Shown here piece by piece: positions 48,033-59,559 of a DNA stretch of 64,000 bases. How positions within the stretch are numbered: position 1 is the first letter of the stretch; every line of letters starts with the position of its first letter. The position numbers and the translations under genes are program-made. The notes beneath the pieces are model-generated. The model was not told where the DNA came from. It did no database searches and saw only the letters and a program-made list of their open reading frames with translations. The stretch lies in contig RHPI01003369.1 in the NCBI GenBank assembly GCA_009103225.1, positions 1,392,017 to 1,456,016 on the forward strand. Reading direction: 5' to 3'. The stretch comes from Chlorokybus atmophyticus. Taxonomy: Eukaryota; Plantae; Mesostigma and Chlorokybus algae.

Positions 48033-51000
48033 TCACGCGTACACATGGTAGTTGCAAAACTTGCTGATGTGAGGGTGGGACCGGCCTTGCTCGCGCCAAG
48101 TATCATGATCAATCTTGACCCAATGCATGAGCTTGCACAAGGTAAGCCTCCCGACAACTTCGCCAGTTTGGTTGTCGTTCACCCTCCAGACACCAGGCGC
48201 GATGCGTGCAAGGTAATCAACCTCAACCTGCTTGTCCTCCTCTAATATGTTCCTAACCACAGCATACCAAGGTCCGGGAGCATCCTCGTCGCAGGCGTCT
48301 TCTTGTGAGTCTTCAACCACGGCAGGTGCCTTGCGCATGTTTGCTCTCTTACTGCGACGTGGCTGCTGGGTTGCGCGTGCATTGCTGTCGTTGAGTTGCT
48401 CCTGCAACTCCATGCAGAACTCGTTGGCAGGTTCTGTGGGCAACTTCAAGTCCCAAACGGACTTGGCTTGATCGCGTATTTGCACCACCTCGCCGACTTT
48501 AGGCCAGATGGGGACATCAACATCGCCGGCCTTGACATACAGGTCAGGGTTCTGCAGATCATATGCTAGTTGCGGAGCTCTGTCAGCCTTGGAACCAGCT
48601 TTGGTCTGCCGACTGGGCAGCAGCATGAACTTTCGCAGGGATCTGTCAGCTGGAATACATACTTCATCGGAGCTCAAAGCCTTCACCAGGGCCGACCTTG
48701 TGTCAAGGTCACGGTACAAGGCACCAGCTGTGTCTGTGTACTTGACGTATTGGCGACCAGTAATGAAGACTCGAGGCTTCTTCTTGTAGATATGCACAAA
48801 TACTTGCTTCACAGCAATGTAACTGTGGTCGTCTGTTACAACGTTATCAATGCCTAGGGGCAACTCTGTTCTGCACAGTAGAACACAAAGCTTGGTAGCA
48901 GTCAGACAGCAAGCACAACAGCACGTGTGAGGACAACAATCATTAGTATGATAGCAAGCAGTCTAACCTGTGAATCTCCCCATTAAGCAGCACAGCCTTG
49001 TAGTGGTAAGCCGTATTTTGCACGAGATGCCTAGCATCTGCTCTGATGTGCCTGCTGACCATCTTAATCCGCTCTGAGCTTAGTGGTGTGGGTTGACCTG
49101 GCAGCTGGTCAATACGTATGCCTCGAGCAAGAATGTCTTGTGACTCAGACCGGTGTGGACACGTCTTAGCCTTCTTCCAGAGTTCCAAAGCCTTGCTGTA
49201 ACTGGGCGCTTCGTACCAAAAACCTCCTCCTAACACCGCTAGACACGCGATGGGACCGCGATTGCAGCTGAACGCGTGTTGCAAAGACCATGCCCGTGCG
49301 CTGGTCTTCGTGCAAAACAGTAAGCAGCCGCTCGTACCACAAGCGTACGTGTCGATGTATGTAGCTGAACTCATACTCTTTGTTGTTGGTGCTGGTCTCC
49401 AAGTGATCTGAGACAGCGCGCTCGAAGACGTAGCACCAGTACACATCATGGCTGCCGTGGCGGAAGATATCGTCCAGCAGATGACCTGCTCCAGCAGCAT
49501 GCTCTAAAGGTCTCAAGTTGTGGCCAAAGCATTCTTCTGAGTTGATACGCCAGTAACGCAGTAAGCTGTCTGCCAGTCTGAGGGTGTTTTCGGTCCAGCC
49601 ATTGAAGCGGGAGTGGCGATAGAACAGGCAGATGAGCTTGTGTAAGGACATGAAGACGTCGCGCATGTGCGAAGTCAGCAAGCCCGTTGTCACGTAAGGT
49701 GCAAAATCCTGCATAAACTTCTGGTAGTCTTCTGCCTTCCACCAGCCCAGCCTGTCTGTTATCCCCTTTGGAGAGCGCCCGGATCGCATTTCCTTGATCA
49801 AGGCTGCAGTGAAGTCCTTAGCCTGGACTCCACCAAGGGAACATCCACCACCCTTTCGTGCGCTCCCTTTGCAAAATTTGCATGGCAGAGGCCCTTCACT
49901 AGACCTTCACACAAGGTGTGCATGACGTCGTACACCACGTCCTTGAGTGGGCTGAAGCCATAGGCATGGTAGAGGCGCCACAGTTGGCTCCTGCCTGTGA
50001 CACCTGTCTCCATGCTGACTTGTGTTCTAATAGCAGGGGTAGCAGCAGTCTCCAGCTTATCAATGTTGGTCAAAGTCTCATGTTTCTTCTCTCTCGGGCC
50101 ATGGATGTCTTAAGTGCATGTAGTTCTGATCGTAGCGGTAGACCTTCTTCTGGTAGGTGTTGAGCTCCACTGCTTGGGAGTTGCTAGGATCAGCTGGACC
50201 ATTGCTGGTTGATGCAGCAGCACGCTTTTTGCTGGCAGGTTGCTTCTTCTTCTTTTTCTTCTTCTTCTTCTTCTCAGCCGCCTGCTTCTTATTCCTGCTA
50301 GCAGACTTTGCCTGGCTGCTGGACTTGAAAACAGCCTTCTTGCAAGCAGACACCTGCTCGTCGTCGGACTCTGAAGCAGCCTTGCGCTTTACAGGCCTTT
50401 GGGCTTCTTCCATATAGTGCTGGGCCTTACACCAGCATCTGCGGCAGCCCAAGATTCCACCATCTTTCATCTTCAATATCTGACACTGGGCTGGGTGATC
50501 ACCAGCCCAGATGAGCAGCATCGCACGCAAGCGCGTGGTAGCACCGGCTGCTTGAGAGTGCAGGTCAGGGCAAACTTCAGAGGTGGGGAGGGCATAATTG
50601 CAGGTGAAGCCCTCAAGCAGCAGTGATTCGAGCTCGTCTATAAGTGGCTTCAGAAAGGGGTCCATGTTGTCAACCCCCTTGGGAAGCTGATCTTTGGGCA
50701 CAAAACCCACAGGAAGAAGCGAAGACGTCTGCGCGCTCAACAACTTGCCTCCGATCAAGATGGCCACGTTGATTATCAGCGTGTTGCGGGGGCTGGTGCT
50801 GGCTGTGGTGAAGCCTTGCCTCCGTTCAAGACGGCCACGTTGATCATCAGCGTGTTGCGGGGGCTGGTGCTGGCTGTGGTGAAGCCGTCCCAGTGGCCAA
50901 TGAAGATGAGGTTCCTCGGGTCACCGCAAGCCATATGCTTGAAAGGACAGGTGACCTGCTCGCAGATGCGATACCGAAACCTCCACTGCGGCTCATCATC

Positions 51001-52349
51001 ACTGTCGCCTTCAGTGAAGTGGGGACCTGGTCTGTGAACTGTCTGGCAGTGCTCGCATCTGACTGGCAGCCAGTAGGTCTTTTTGGGGTTAAAGAAGTCG
51101 GAGATCTCTCTCATACGAGCTCCATCCCAGACTTCATGTTGACTGGCAGAAGGTACTGCTGGATCTTTGTCAAGCCACCGCTCCCGGTGCAGCCAGGCCT
51201 GGAGCCATTGATGACAGATGGTTGGCACGCCCAACATAAGCTGCAACCTTGACCTGAGAGGGAGGTAGTAGAAACCCGTGCCTTCCTTGCGTTTCTAACT
51301 GCAGTCTGGGCACTGTTCTTTTGCCATGGCCTTGCGCTCCTTCTCGCGCTGAAAGTAGCTGGAGCGCACCGAGTCTTCGTGTTGCACAACGAGCTCAGCA
51401 TTTGGATAGGGCTTGTCGAACAGGTGGCCGCAGGCACAGACAAAATAATGCAGTGTTGAAGGCATCCCCATGCGCTCAAACATGCCAATCAGGCTCTTGC
51501 AAGTAGTAGGCAGTTTGAAGCCTTCGCTCTTCTCATCGAACAATCCCTTCTTAGCCAAAGCCATCAGGGAGCTTTCGCCTTTAAAGAGGACAGGGAGCAG
51601 TTTGTTGAAGCAGTCCTGCGAGACTCCAGCTTCGTCTAGGATGGATGAGATCTCGATTATCTTGTCCAGGTAAGTTGTAGACGTCTGCTGCAGATCAGGC
51701 AACTTGTCTGCATCAAAGCTGTCCAAAGTGGGTTGCACAGTGGGAATGCTCCTCAGCCGTCTGGCCGCCTCGTCTTTAGCTAAGTGCGCATCGATGACCA
51801 AGCGCGGCTGCATGATCTGCGACACAGTAAGGGTGTGTAAGCAACGTGCATGCATGGTCACTTGTTCATCAGCGCAGGCCAAGCGAAGCAACTTACCAAG
51901 CCTTTGCACTTGGAGCAGAGGCAAAGGTCGCGACTGAAGGTTGGAGGCTGCTCAGGCTCAGGCTCTTGGTTGCCAGTATGATCAGATTGCTCGGCGGCTC
52001 CAAAGTCCGGCATCTCTGGAGAAGATTGTTCTGCTGTCTGCTGGTTGGACAGGTGTGGTTGATTTTCAGGCGGAGGCTCGGGCTCCAAGGCAGATGCAGG
52101 TGCAGGTTCAGGCTCCAAGGCAGACGCAGGTGCAGGTTGCTGCAAATCACCTCCTCCTCCAGTGAGGTGCGGGCTAATGTTTGTTGGACGCGCTTGCTGG
52201 GCGGCCCTCATCTCTTTAAGCAGTGACCGTTTAGCACGTACACTGGCTTTGCGTGGCTTCCCACCAGCATGCTTGATTAGTGCAAGCGTTTCATCAAACT
52301 GCTCACGCTCGCGCAGAACAGCAGACTGTTGAACAATGCGTCCTGCCAT
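48033..52349 (-). pseudogene. EnSpm/CACTA (Transposase_21 / Plavaka-like) transposase, disrupted
   Basis: Exons 52349-51897, 51816-48968, 48870-48033 (80- and 97-nt introns). Motifs CLCSKC...HL, CPDC...YYLPLRSRL, GHWDGF, AGDHPAQ, DVMHTL, WCYVFER. Lesions: TAG at 51295, 71-bp duplication, frameshifts near 50090, 49850 and 49290. Confidence 0.92.
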
Positions 52350-53089
52350 GGCTGCAGATGATAGCGTGTAAGTCGGACTTGAATACTGCTAACAGTAACA
52401 GCATATGACGGACAACTTGGGGGCTAATAATTGGCAGCAGCGGTCACTGATATCTTGGATTTAGCAAACGAAAACGGAGCAACTACAAGCATTCACCTTG
52501 AACAAGTGAGACTGAATGCAAGACGCCCAGCAGCAAGCTAACAGCAAGCTAACAGACTGTAAGGGAGACACTCTCGACCAAGCCTCAACGACAGAGCAAA
52601 CCAAGCAACAATAACCAGCTAGCATAGGCCTTACCAACAAGAGCTCGTGAGCAGAAGTAGCTCCTTCTCCCCAGCAGCTTGTCAGCAGCTCCGCTCCGCC
52701 GCAGCAGCAGCACTTCCGCTTTGCAGCAGCAGCAGTTCCGCTTCGCAGCAACAGTAGCTCCGCTCCGCAGCAGCAGCTCAGTTCAACAGCAGCAGCAGCT
52801 CAGCCACCGTCCTCAAGAATCCAAGACTCCAGACACAGCTTCATCCAACCTGCCGCAGCTCAGCTCCAGCTCCAGCTGCTGTGCGATTTTGCCGGATCTG
52901 CTTCTTGGTAGAAGCAGCTTCTTCTCATAAGCAGCTCAGCAGCAGCAGCAGCAGTAGCTCACTGGCTTCTCCAAGTAAATCAGCAGCAGCAGCTCGCGCC
53001 GCCGCCTCCTTCTCTTCCTCCAAGCATGCAGCTCAGCATCCCCTCCGACCCAGCTCAGCTCAGCTCCAAGGCTGCTGGTCGGTACGAGT

Positions 53090-53522
53090 GTGTTGTGCCG
53101 TTCTCGGCACAAGCCATTGATGTAATCCGCTGCCGGTCACAGCGCAGGAGGAGAGAAGGCTGCTGCTTTGCTACGGTACAAGTCTACTGTGCCGCTCTCG
53201 GCATAAGTTTTCTGCACCGGTAGCGGCACAATAATTGACGAATGGTCAACGGATCGCTAGTCTCGAGCCGTGATCGGGATGTGGAACCTTGTACCGATCA
53301 CGGCACCAGCTCTGTTGTGCCAACTTCAGCTTGGACTGTCTTGTGCCGTCAATGGCACAAGGGAGCAAAGGCGCCGACGCCGGCACAAGACTGCAGTCTG
53401 CGTACCGACCGCGGACGGCTTTTATTACTAGGAAGTCCTGACGGCACAGCCTGGTTGTGCCGTCTGGGCCGAAGAAGTTGACTGCTTGTGCCGTGAACGG
53501 CACGCACTGCAGGCGCCATGTG
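53090..53522. repeat. Right subterminal motif region and TIR of the CACTA element
   Basis: Dispersed TTGTGCCG / CGGCACAA motifs leading into the TIR. Confidence 0.85.
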
Positions 53523-53568
53523 TATGCGCAGGTGATGTGTCTGGTGTCCAATCGACGTATGCACTCAC

Positions 53569-53710
53569 CTTGGATTGGATTGTGTTTGTAGATGGAGCCG
53601 TGATACCATTCATGGTCTGCCGGCTAGAAGACCGTAACAAAGCTGCCGACTAACGCATCACCGCCCGCAGTGCAGCGCAGCCGACACACTCTGACATGCT
53701 CTTCCGCTGC
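53569..53710 (-). pseudogene. First exon of the Tudor-domain pseudogene (5' of the CACTA insertion)
   Basis: Translates GGDALVGSFVTVF*PADHEWYHGSIYKHNPIQ, followed by donor GTGAGT at 53568-53563. Confidence 0.72.
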
Positions 53711-54521
53711 CTGTCATGCAAGTTTTCGTGTGAGATACAGCAACATAGTGTGCATGGCAGCAAGTGAATGGAAAGGCTGCATGTGTAGGCGGCCTGACCT
53801 CTTGGCAGCTTGGTGGCCTGGCTGCTCCCGCCTCAGGAACGAGGGTGGTCTTGCTTTCGCGCCCGCATCGTGGTAGTGTGGTCTGCAATTGGGTGCGTGC
53901 ACTGCTCAGTGCGTGCTAGTGTGCTGTATGCACCATGTGACACCGTGCCCTGCAACACGTGTGCACTCACTACCGCTGCGGCAAGGCGCGTTGTCTCGTT
54001 GGCTGTCGCACCCGGGCGGATGTACGGCATGTATTTCAGTGGTACACCATGCCACTCAAATGCGCTGCTGTTGCATTGATGGCATGTGCATTGCCAGCTG
54101 AAAAACTTTGGAGAAAGCTGCATTGCAAGATAAAACTCTTGCAATGCAGCTTTGCTCTGCATGCCACTATGTGCTCCACTGCGTAGCGGTGCCAACATAC
54201 TGCCGTAAACCCATACATGTGCTGGTACTGCCTGCACTGATCTTCATGCTATGTGAGCCGAGCGCGCTGGCCGTTGCTAACTATGTATGCCTTGCATACA
54301 CTGCAAGTGAGTGCACGTTGCGAAGGCGCTGTCGCTGATGGCGTGGCTGATAGGGTAGACATGGATCATAAAGCACGCCGCCGGTGGGAGTGGTGAACGT
54401 GCGGTTGGTACCGACGTGCGCCGCCGCTAGCACTGCTGATCGCCAAACCTAAATGTGTGCGCAAAACCCTAAGAGTGCAAGCGTTGGGCGGCGACTGAGG
54501 GTACGTTCAGTGCATCGCACC

Positions 54522-57500
54522 TTACAGATGTATGTCTATCTCATCGATGGAGGTGAGCCAGGCATGCAACTGGAAGTCAAGCTCCTCATCAGCGTCATCA
54601 ATATTGTCGTCATCGTCAGCAGGTCAATGGTTGTCTTCGCTATCACTGTTACCCTCTGGCTGGTGATCGTCCTCGTCGCTGTCCTCGACTTCAGACTCGT
54701 CATCACTGGCAAGTTCTTCTCGCTGCGTTTCTGGCATTGCTTGCTGAGAGGTTGGGACATCGAGACAGCCAAGGCAGCCGCAACCAGGCCCACATGCACT
54801 GCCGTGCTTGCGGCACTTGCATCTGCGAGTCTGACATTGACCCATTTTGCATTTGCAGCCGTTCAACAACAGCGTCGCGCGTGCTGATTGCCCTAATGTT
54901 TTCTTCAGTGTCCACCTGCGCCTTGAACATCCCCTAGTCCACCTTGTAGCCGAACTCATGCAGTGGCGGCTGAATGACTTGGGCCTGGCACATTTGAGAC
55001 CACATTTGTACCACCAACATAACGCGCTTCGCATGCAGCAGTAGCTGATGCTGAAGGTATCTCATCCTTGTCCTCGGCCGCTTTGCCTCAAATTCTTTGC
55101 TTGATTGCATGCAACCATGTTATAAGGCTGATGTGGTCGTCGGGTCGGCCCATGGGTGCAGGGCCACCGTTGACTTCGATGAACAAGCTCTCGCTACTGT
55201 TGTGTCCCGGGAAGACATTCTTGTGCTTGCTATAGCAAGCACAACCAATCAAGCGCATGAGCAGCGTGGTGGCGCTGTGCTCCTCCAGACTTGCGACCCT
55301 TGTAACAAAGTCGCAATCCCTGGTCAAGACATCCGCCTGGAAAATTGTTTGCTGATCGCAGAAAAGTGATGTGTAGTCACATCCAGTGGCGGCAAAGAAG
55401 ATCATGATGAAAAGTGCACTCTACGTCACAGGAACAAAGCGCAGCCGTGGCAGCTGCACCAGATGTCTAAGCAGCTTGCTGAGGTCAATGAACAGAGGTC
55501 TACAGCTATGGTTGGCGCTAGTGGCCAGCTGTATGTACACTTGCTTGCTGTCGTGGCCCCATTGCTCCAATGCTGCAAGACCAATGATGGACACGTCGGT
55601 GTTCGGGGAGTGAATGAGCACTATCTTGATGTCTGAACATTGTGCATGCAGCCATACGCGCAAGTCGCTCTCGGCGTGGTTGCATGTAAGCAGGTTGGTC
55701 ACTCCAACATCCACTTCGCAGCCGTGGTGTGTAACCACCCACGCATTGTCCTTCCACTGAGGTGCATCACCTTCCCCCCGACATAATAAAACTCTGTCCT
55801 GACCTTAGATGCTGGGCCACCATCTTCAGCAAGTATCCAGTCATCAGCGAGCATCACATGCAGCTCCTTGACAGAGGGGTTGGAGAGGCGCGGCAGAACG
55901 CTGCTGCGAAGCGTCTGAACCAGGTAATCTTGCATGTTAACAACACCGCTGCTGGGGTCTTGTCGATGAGGAACATGCCCTTTGCTATCACCACCTCACC
56001 TTCACCTGGGTGTCGCATCAGTTGGGCCCCATCACACGCGGCGCAGAGGTCACTTAAGAACTTCGCTTTGTCGCCCTTGCGCATGTTGCCTTCATGATCA
56101 AACATGGCAAGTGGGATCTTCTGGTACTGCTGCATGCATACTGCTTGAGTCGCGTTGCTGGCACATAGTGCCTTCAGTATGAGAGTCGTGGTCTAGTTCA
56201 TGCGCGCAAGCACCCTGGCTGACGGGTGAGCCTGTTGTCTTACTTGCATTGTCTTCACACCAAATTGGCAACCTACTTTAGTGGCTGTCATCTCCCCATA
56301 ATGGGTGACCTTTGCATACAGCAGAAACTGATCCAGACCAATGCTGTAGTGTCTCACCAGGTCTAAAGCAGCCGCAGGGTTGGCCTCTCGTAAACCAAGT
56401 GCACGAGGTGCTCGTCATGAGATTGCCACAGCACGTCAGCCTCAGTGAGCAGTTGCAGCATAGCTCCAACATGGCATCCTATCTTGTTGCTTGGCACCAC
56501 TAAAAGAGGTGTGCTTTGGACAACTGGGTCTTTGCTAAGCGGACTAAGCAGAGAGAGCACCCGCTTCACGACCAGCGCTGTGTATGGGAGGTAGAGTGCT
56601 TTGTGCTGCATGAATTTCTACCGTTGGACGACACATAGTCGACTTAAGGTTGTTGTTGACTGATGTCTCGTGCGCTTCGTCACCCGTAACAATGCTGCAC
56701 GCTGTTCTGGTGAAACTGACACGAAATGCTCCGGCATGCAGGTGCTTCAGCACATCTTAAGGCCAGCTCAAGATGTCAGCTAGGTGCTGTGTGAGGCGCT
56801 GGCAATGTGGACGATCCCATGTAAACGCTAGCGGAGCGAGTTGCTTGTAGGCCGCCACATGCAGCCTCCAAGCGCTGCTCCGAATTGCAAAGTACAGACC
56901 AAGTAATTGCAAAGTACAGACCAGTAAGCAGCCGCATCCCGTGTAGTTCAACCACATGCCCCATGTGGCATCATCTTGCCCATGTCTGCGCCCGTAATCC
57001 ATGAAGGCGTAGTGCCGCTCGTCCTGCACAGTCTTATCTTCAATGCTATCCACCTCCACTTCCGCCCAAATGTCTGGGCATGCCGCATGGAAGCATTGTA
57101 GTTGGTAGCAATAGATTGCCTTCCAACTCTATACATACAAGGTACGCATGCATGCGCTTCCATTTACTAATTTTTGCAAGCTTTAGGTTGCGTGCAGTTG
57201 ATGCGAGGATGCCTGCAGCCACAGATATACCATCAAGGCCAGCGTCCCGGTACACCTTGAAGATGACCGGAAGCATGTTGTACAGGGCGTCCCAGTCACC
57301 CAGCATCCGCAACACTCACTCCCAACTACCCGGCTTTGTATCCTTCAAACGAATCATCAGGCTAAAGGTCTTTTGATCGCCAGCGACCACCACCTGGTGA
57401 CGCAGTGCATCCACTCCCAACCGCTGCTTCAGCTCGAGCAAGGCTAGCCTTAGATAATCGAATTTCTTAGGGTTGTAGGGCAGGAGTGGCACAGTAGTGG

Positions 57501-59559
57501 TACATGACTCTGCTTGCAGGCTTCTCTTCAGTCTGGCACAAGTTGGCGACCACATTCTTCAGTTAGTTGTTGCCATAGCATGGTATCTCAGCACGCTCGA
57601 TGACAGTGTTGTGCAGGACGGGCTTGAAGTGATTAGCTGCAGCCATCTGTAGCTCCTGCAACTTGTTATGGTGTCTGGCAATGGAGGGTACAGAAAGGGT
57701 CGCTGACCAGGAGGAGGGAGCTGCAAGTCTGATGAATCATGAAGCTGTCACAAGGGCTTTGCAAGTGCGCGCTCGCACAGCAAATACTGGTTCTTCCACC
57801 ATTGTTGAAGGTTCACCTGGCGTTGGTACACGGACTTGTGTCGTTGTGCAATGTAGATCTTTATCAGCAACGCCATTGTAGCGCAGCTGTCCACATGGTC
57901 TAAAATCCCAGCTGTCTATGCTTGCAATGATGGACTCACTGCCACCTGCCTGCACTGGACAGGGGGCATCTGCTAGTATCTTAAAGCGCGCCATGATAAA
58001 GCGCTTGAGCGTTGAGCCGCTAGTGCGTACGCTCGTTTGGTTGAGCAACTACATCAGCTGGTTGAATGTGCTCATGGCGTTGACGCACTGTACAATGGCC
58101 ATGTGCATGCGTGAGTACGCATGGGAGTTGCGGGTGTACACACAGCTGCTCAGCAGGTATGCGCAACGCAGCAGCTTGGCACGCTCCCACGCCGTGGGTT
58201 CATCCACGGCGTGGGAGCGTGCCAAGCTGCTTCTTAACCTTCACACCGCATAGTGCCTTAAACAATCGTTGCAGATCTGAGTGACTGTTGTCTAACTACT
58301 GGGTCTCGTCAAGAAAGCGCACGTCTGCGCAAGTGCCTTTGTTGAACTCACAGCGCCTGATAGCCTCCTGCTTCATTAACCCACTGAGGTATGCCAACGT
58401 CTTGTCGCTAAGTTTGCTATCGTCTTGCACAGCCCTGGCAAATGCCTCCGGCAACACCAAAAACAGGCATGCAGGAGTCTACCCAGGAAGGGAGTATCAA
58501 CGTCCCGTGACGTCGATGGCCGATTATCACTATAACCGCCTTTTCAAAAACACGCTTGATTGTTCGTACCAGGTTCTGGTGATGCAAGTACTTGTACATC
58601 CGGGCCAGGTCAGCAAGACGCACAGGTGTAATGTAGCGCAGCAGGTGCCACATACCTGAACGGATCGTTAGGCAGCTCATCACATGGTCCAATAATGTCA
58701 TGCAGGGCCTCTCTGTACTGCTGCAAACGCATGAACTATACACGCCACGCCGGTATTGGTTCAGTACGCCCTTACCCAAGCACGTCAATCACCTTTTGCA
58801 GTTGCTCTACTCGCGCATGCAGTGCGTTCGCATTGTCTTGTGCCAGCTGGGACATATGCTCTGCCTCAGTCAACCTCAGTAGGGCGGCATCATGTACGTT
58901 CACCAGACCATTCAGGTCAGCCTGCACAGTTTGCGGACACATGTGTTGTTTGGACACACCATCATGCCGCAACGGTACTGTCATTTACACTTTTATGTTG
59001 GCTCTCACCCCCAACTCTGACTGCAGGTCTTCAATCCTAACATTGAGCTGATGCAGCTGCTCTTGCTAAGCAACGAAGCAAGTAGCACAACTGTCCAACG
59101 GCGCTCCCATTCTGTACGTCGCACAACCTGTTGATCATGCGCATCAACCCATCTCATCTGCTCCGCCTCTAACTGCTGTACAACTATGTGCGCTGCGTCA
59201 CGCACTGAACGCAGCTTATCTCTCAGATGGTACGCCTCTTTCTGTAGGTTGTACACATAAGCATCCAACTGTGAATTGCTCTCGCTGTGTTCATCGGCCA
59301 ATCGGTGACGCTGCGCTGCCCCAGCCATCTCGGCGACCATCACTTGGTGGCGATCGTTGGCAATCTATAGATTGCAGCGCAGCTCCGTCGCTTGTTGCCG
59401 AAGATCATCCACCTTTGTACACCAGGATTGCTCCCTCTGCTCGTGTGCACTCCTCTGCTGTGCTGCATCGTCGACGACGGTCTTTGTTTGTGTTTGCAAT
59501 TCTTGTTGATCAGACGATCCAGTCTTGTGGTCGCTTGTTAGAGTTTGCACCATATCCAA
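54522..59559 (-). pseudogene. Academ (AcademX-type) transposase pseudogene: coiled-coil N-terminus, Academ DDE region, XPG/PIN-like nuclease, Cys-rich tail, acidic C-terminus
   Basis: Collinear fragments SIDSWDF; VAGDQKTF...LGDWDALYN...KVYRDAGL; CNHAESDLRVWLHA...SPNTDV; TGCDYTSLF; GCKCKMGQCQTRRCKCRKHGSACGPGCGCLGC. Many stops and frameshifts. TIRs not found. Confidence 0.78.

Larger units (their letters stand above)
41300..53522 (-). mobile_element. Complete CACTA/EnSpm DNA transposon, 12223 bp, coding regions decayed
   Basis: TIRs CACACGGCGCCTGCAG (41300-41315) and CTGCAGGCGCCATGTG (53507-53522), 15/16 identical. 3-bp TSD TAT (41297-41299 / 53523-53525). GGCACA subterminal motifs at both ends. 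EnSpm-type transposase inside. Confidence 0.95.

Noticed and set aside
11895-51297. Alternative genetic code (TAA/TAG = Gln): the three host genes end in TGA and several TE frames contain in-frame TAR
   Set aside because: The 1253-aa pol, the 413-codon CPSF2 exon and the 402-codon lipase exon contain many Gln codons and no TAR. In-frame stops occur only in decayed TEs, and some replace Trp (TAG in the Tudor exon, TGA in the chromodomain and Academ).
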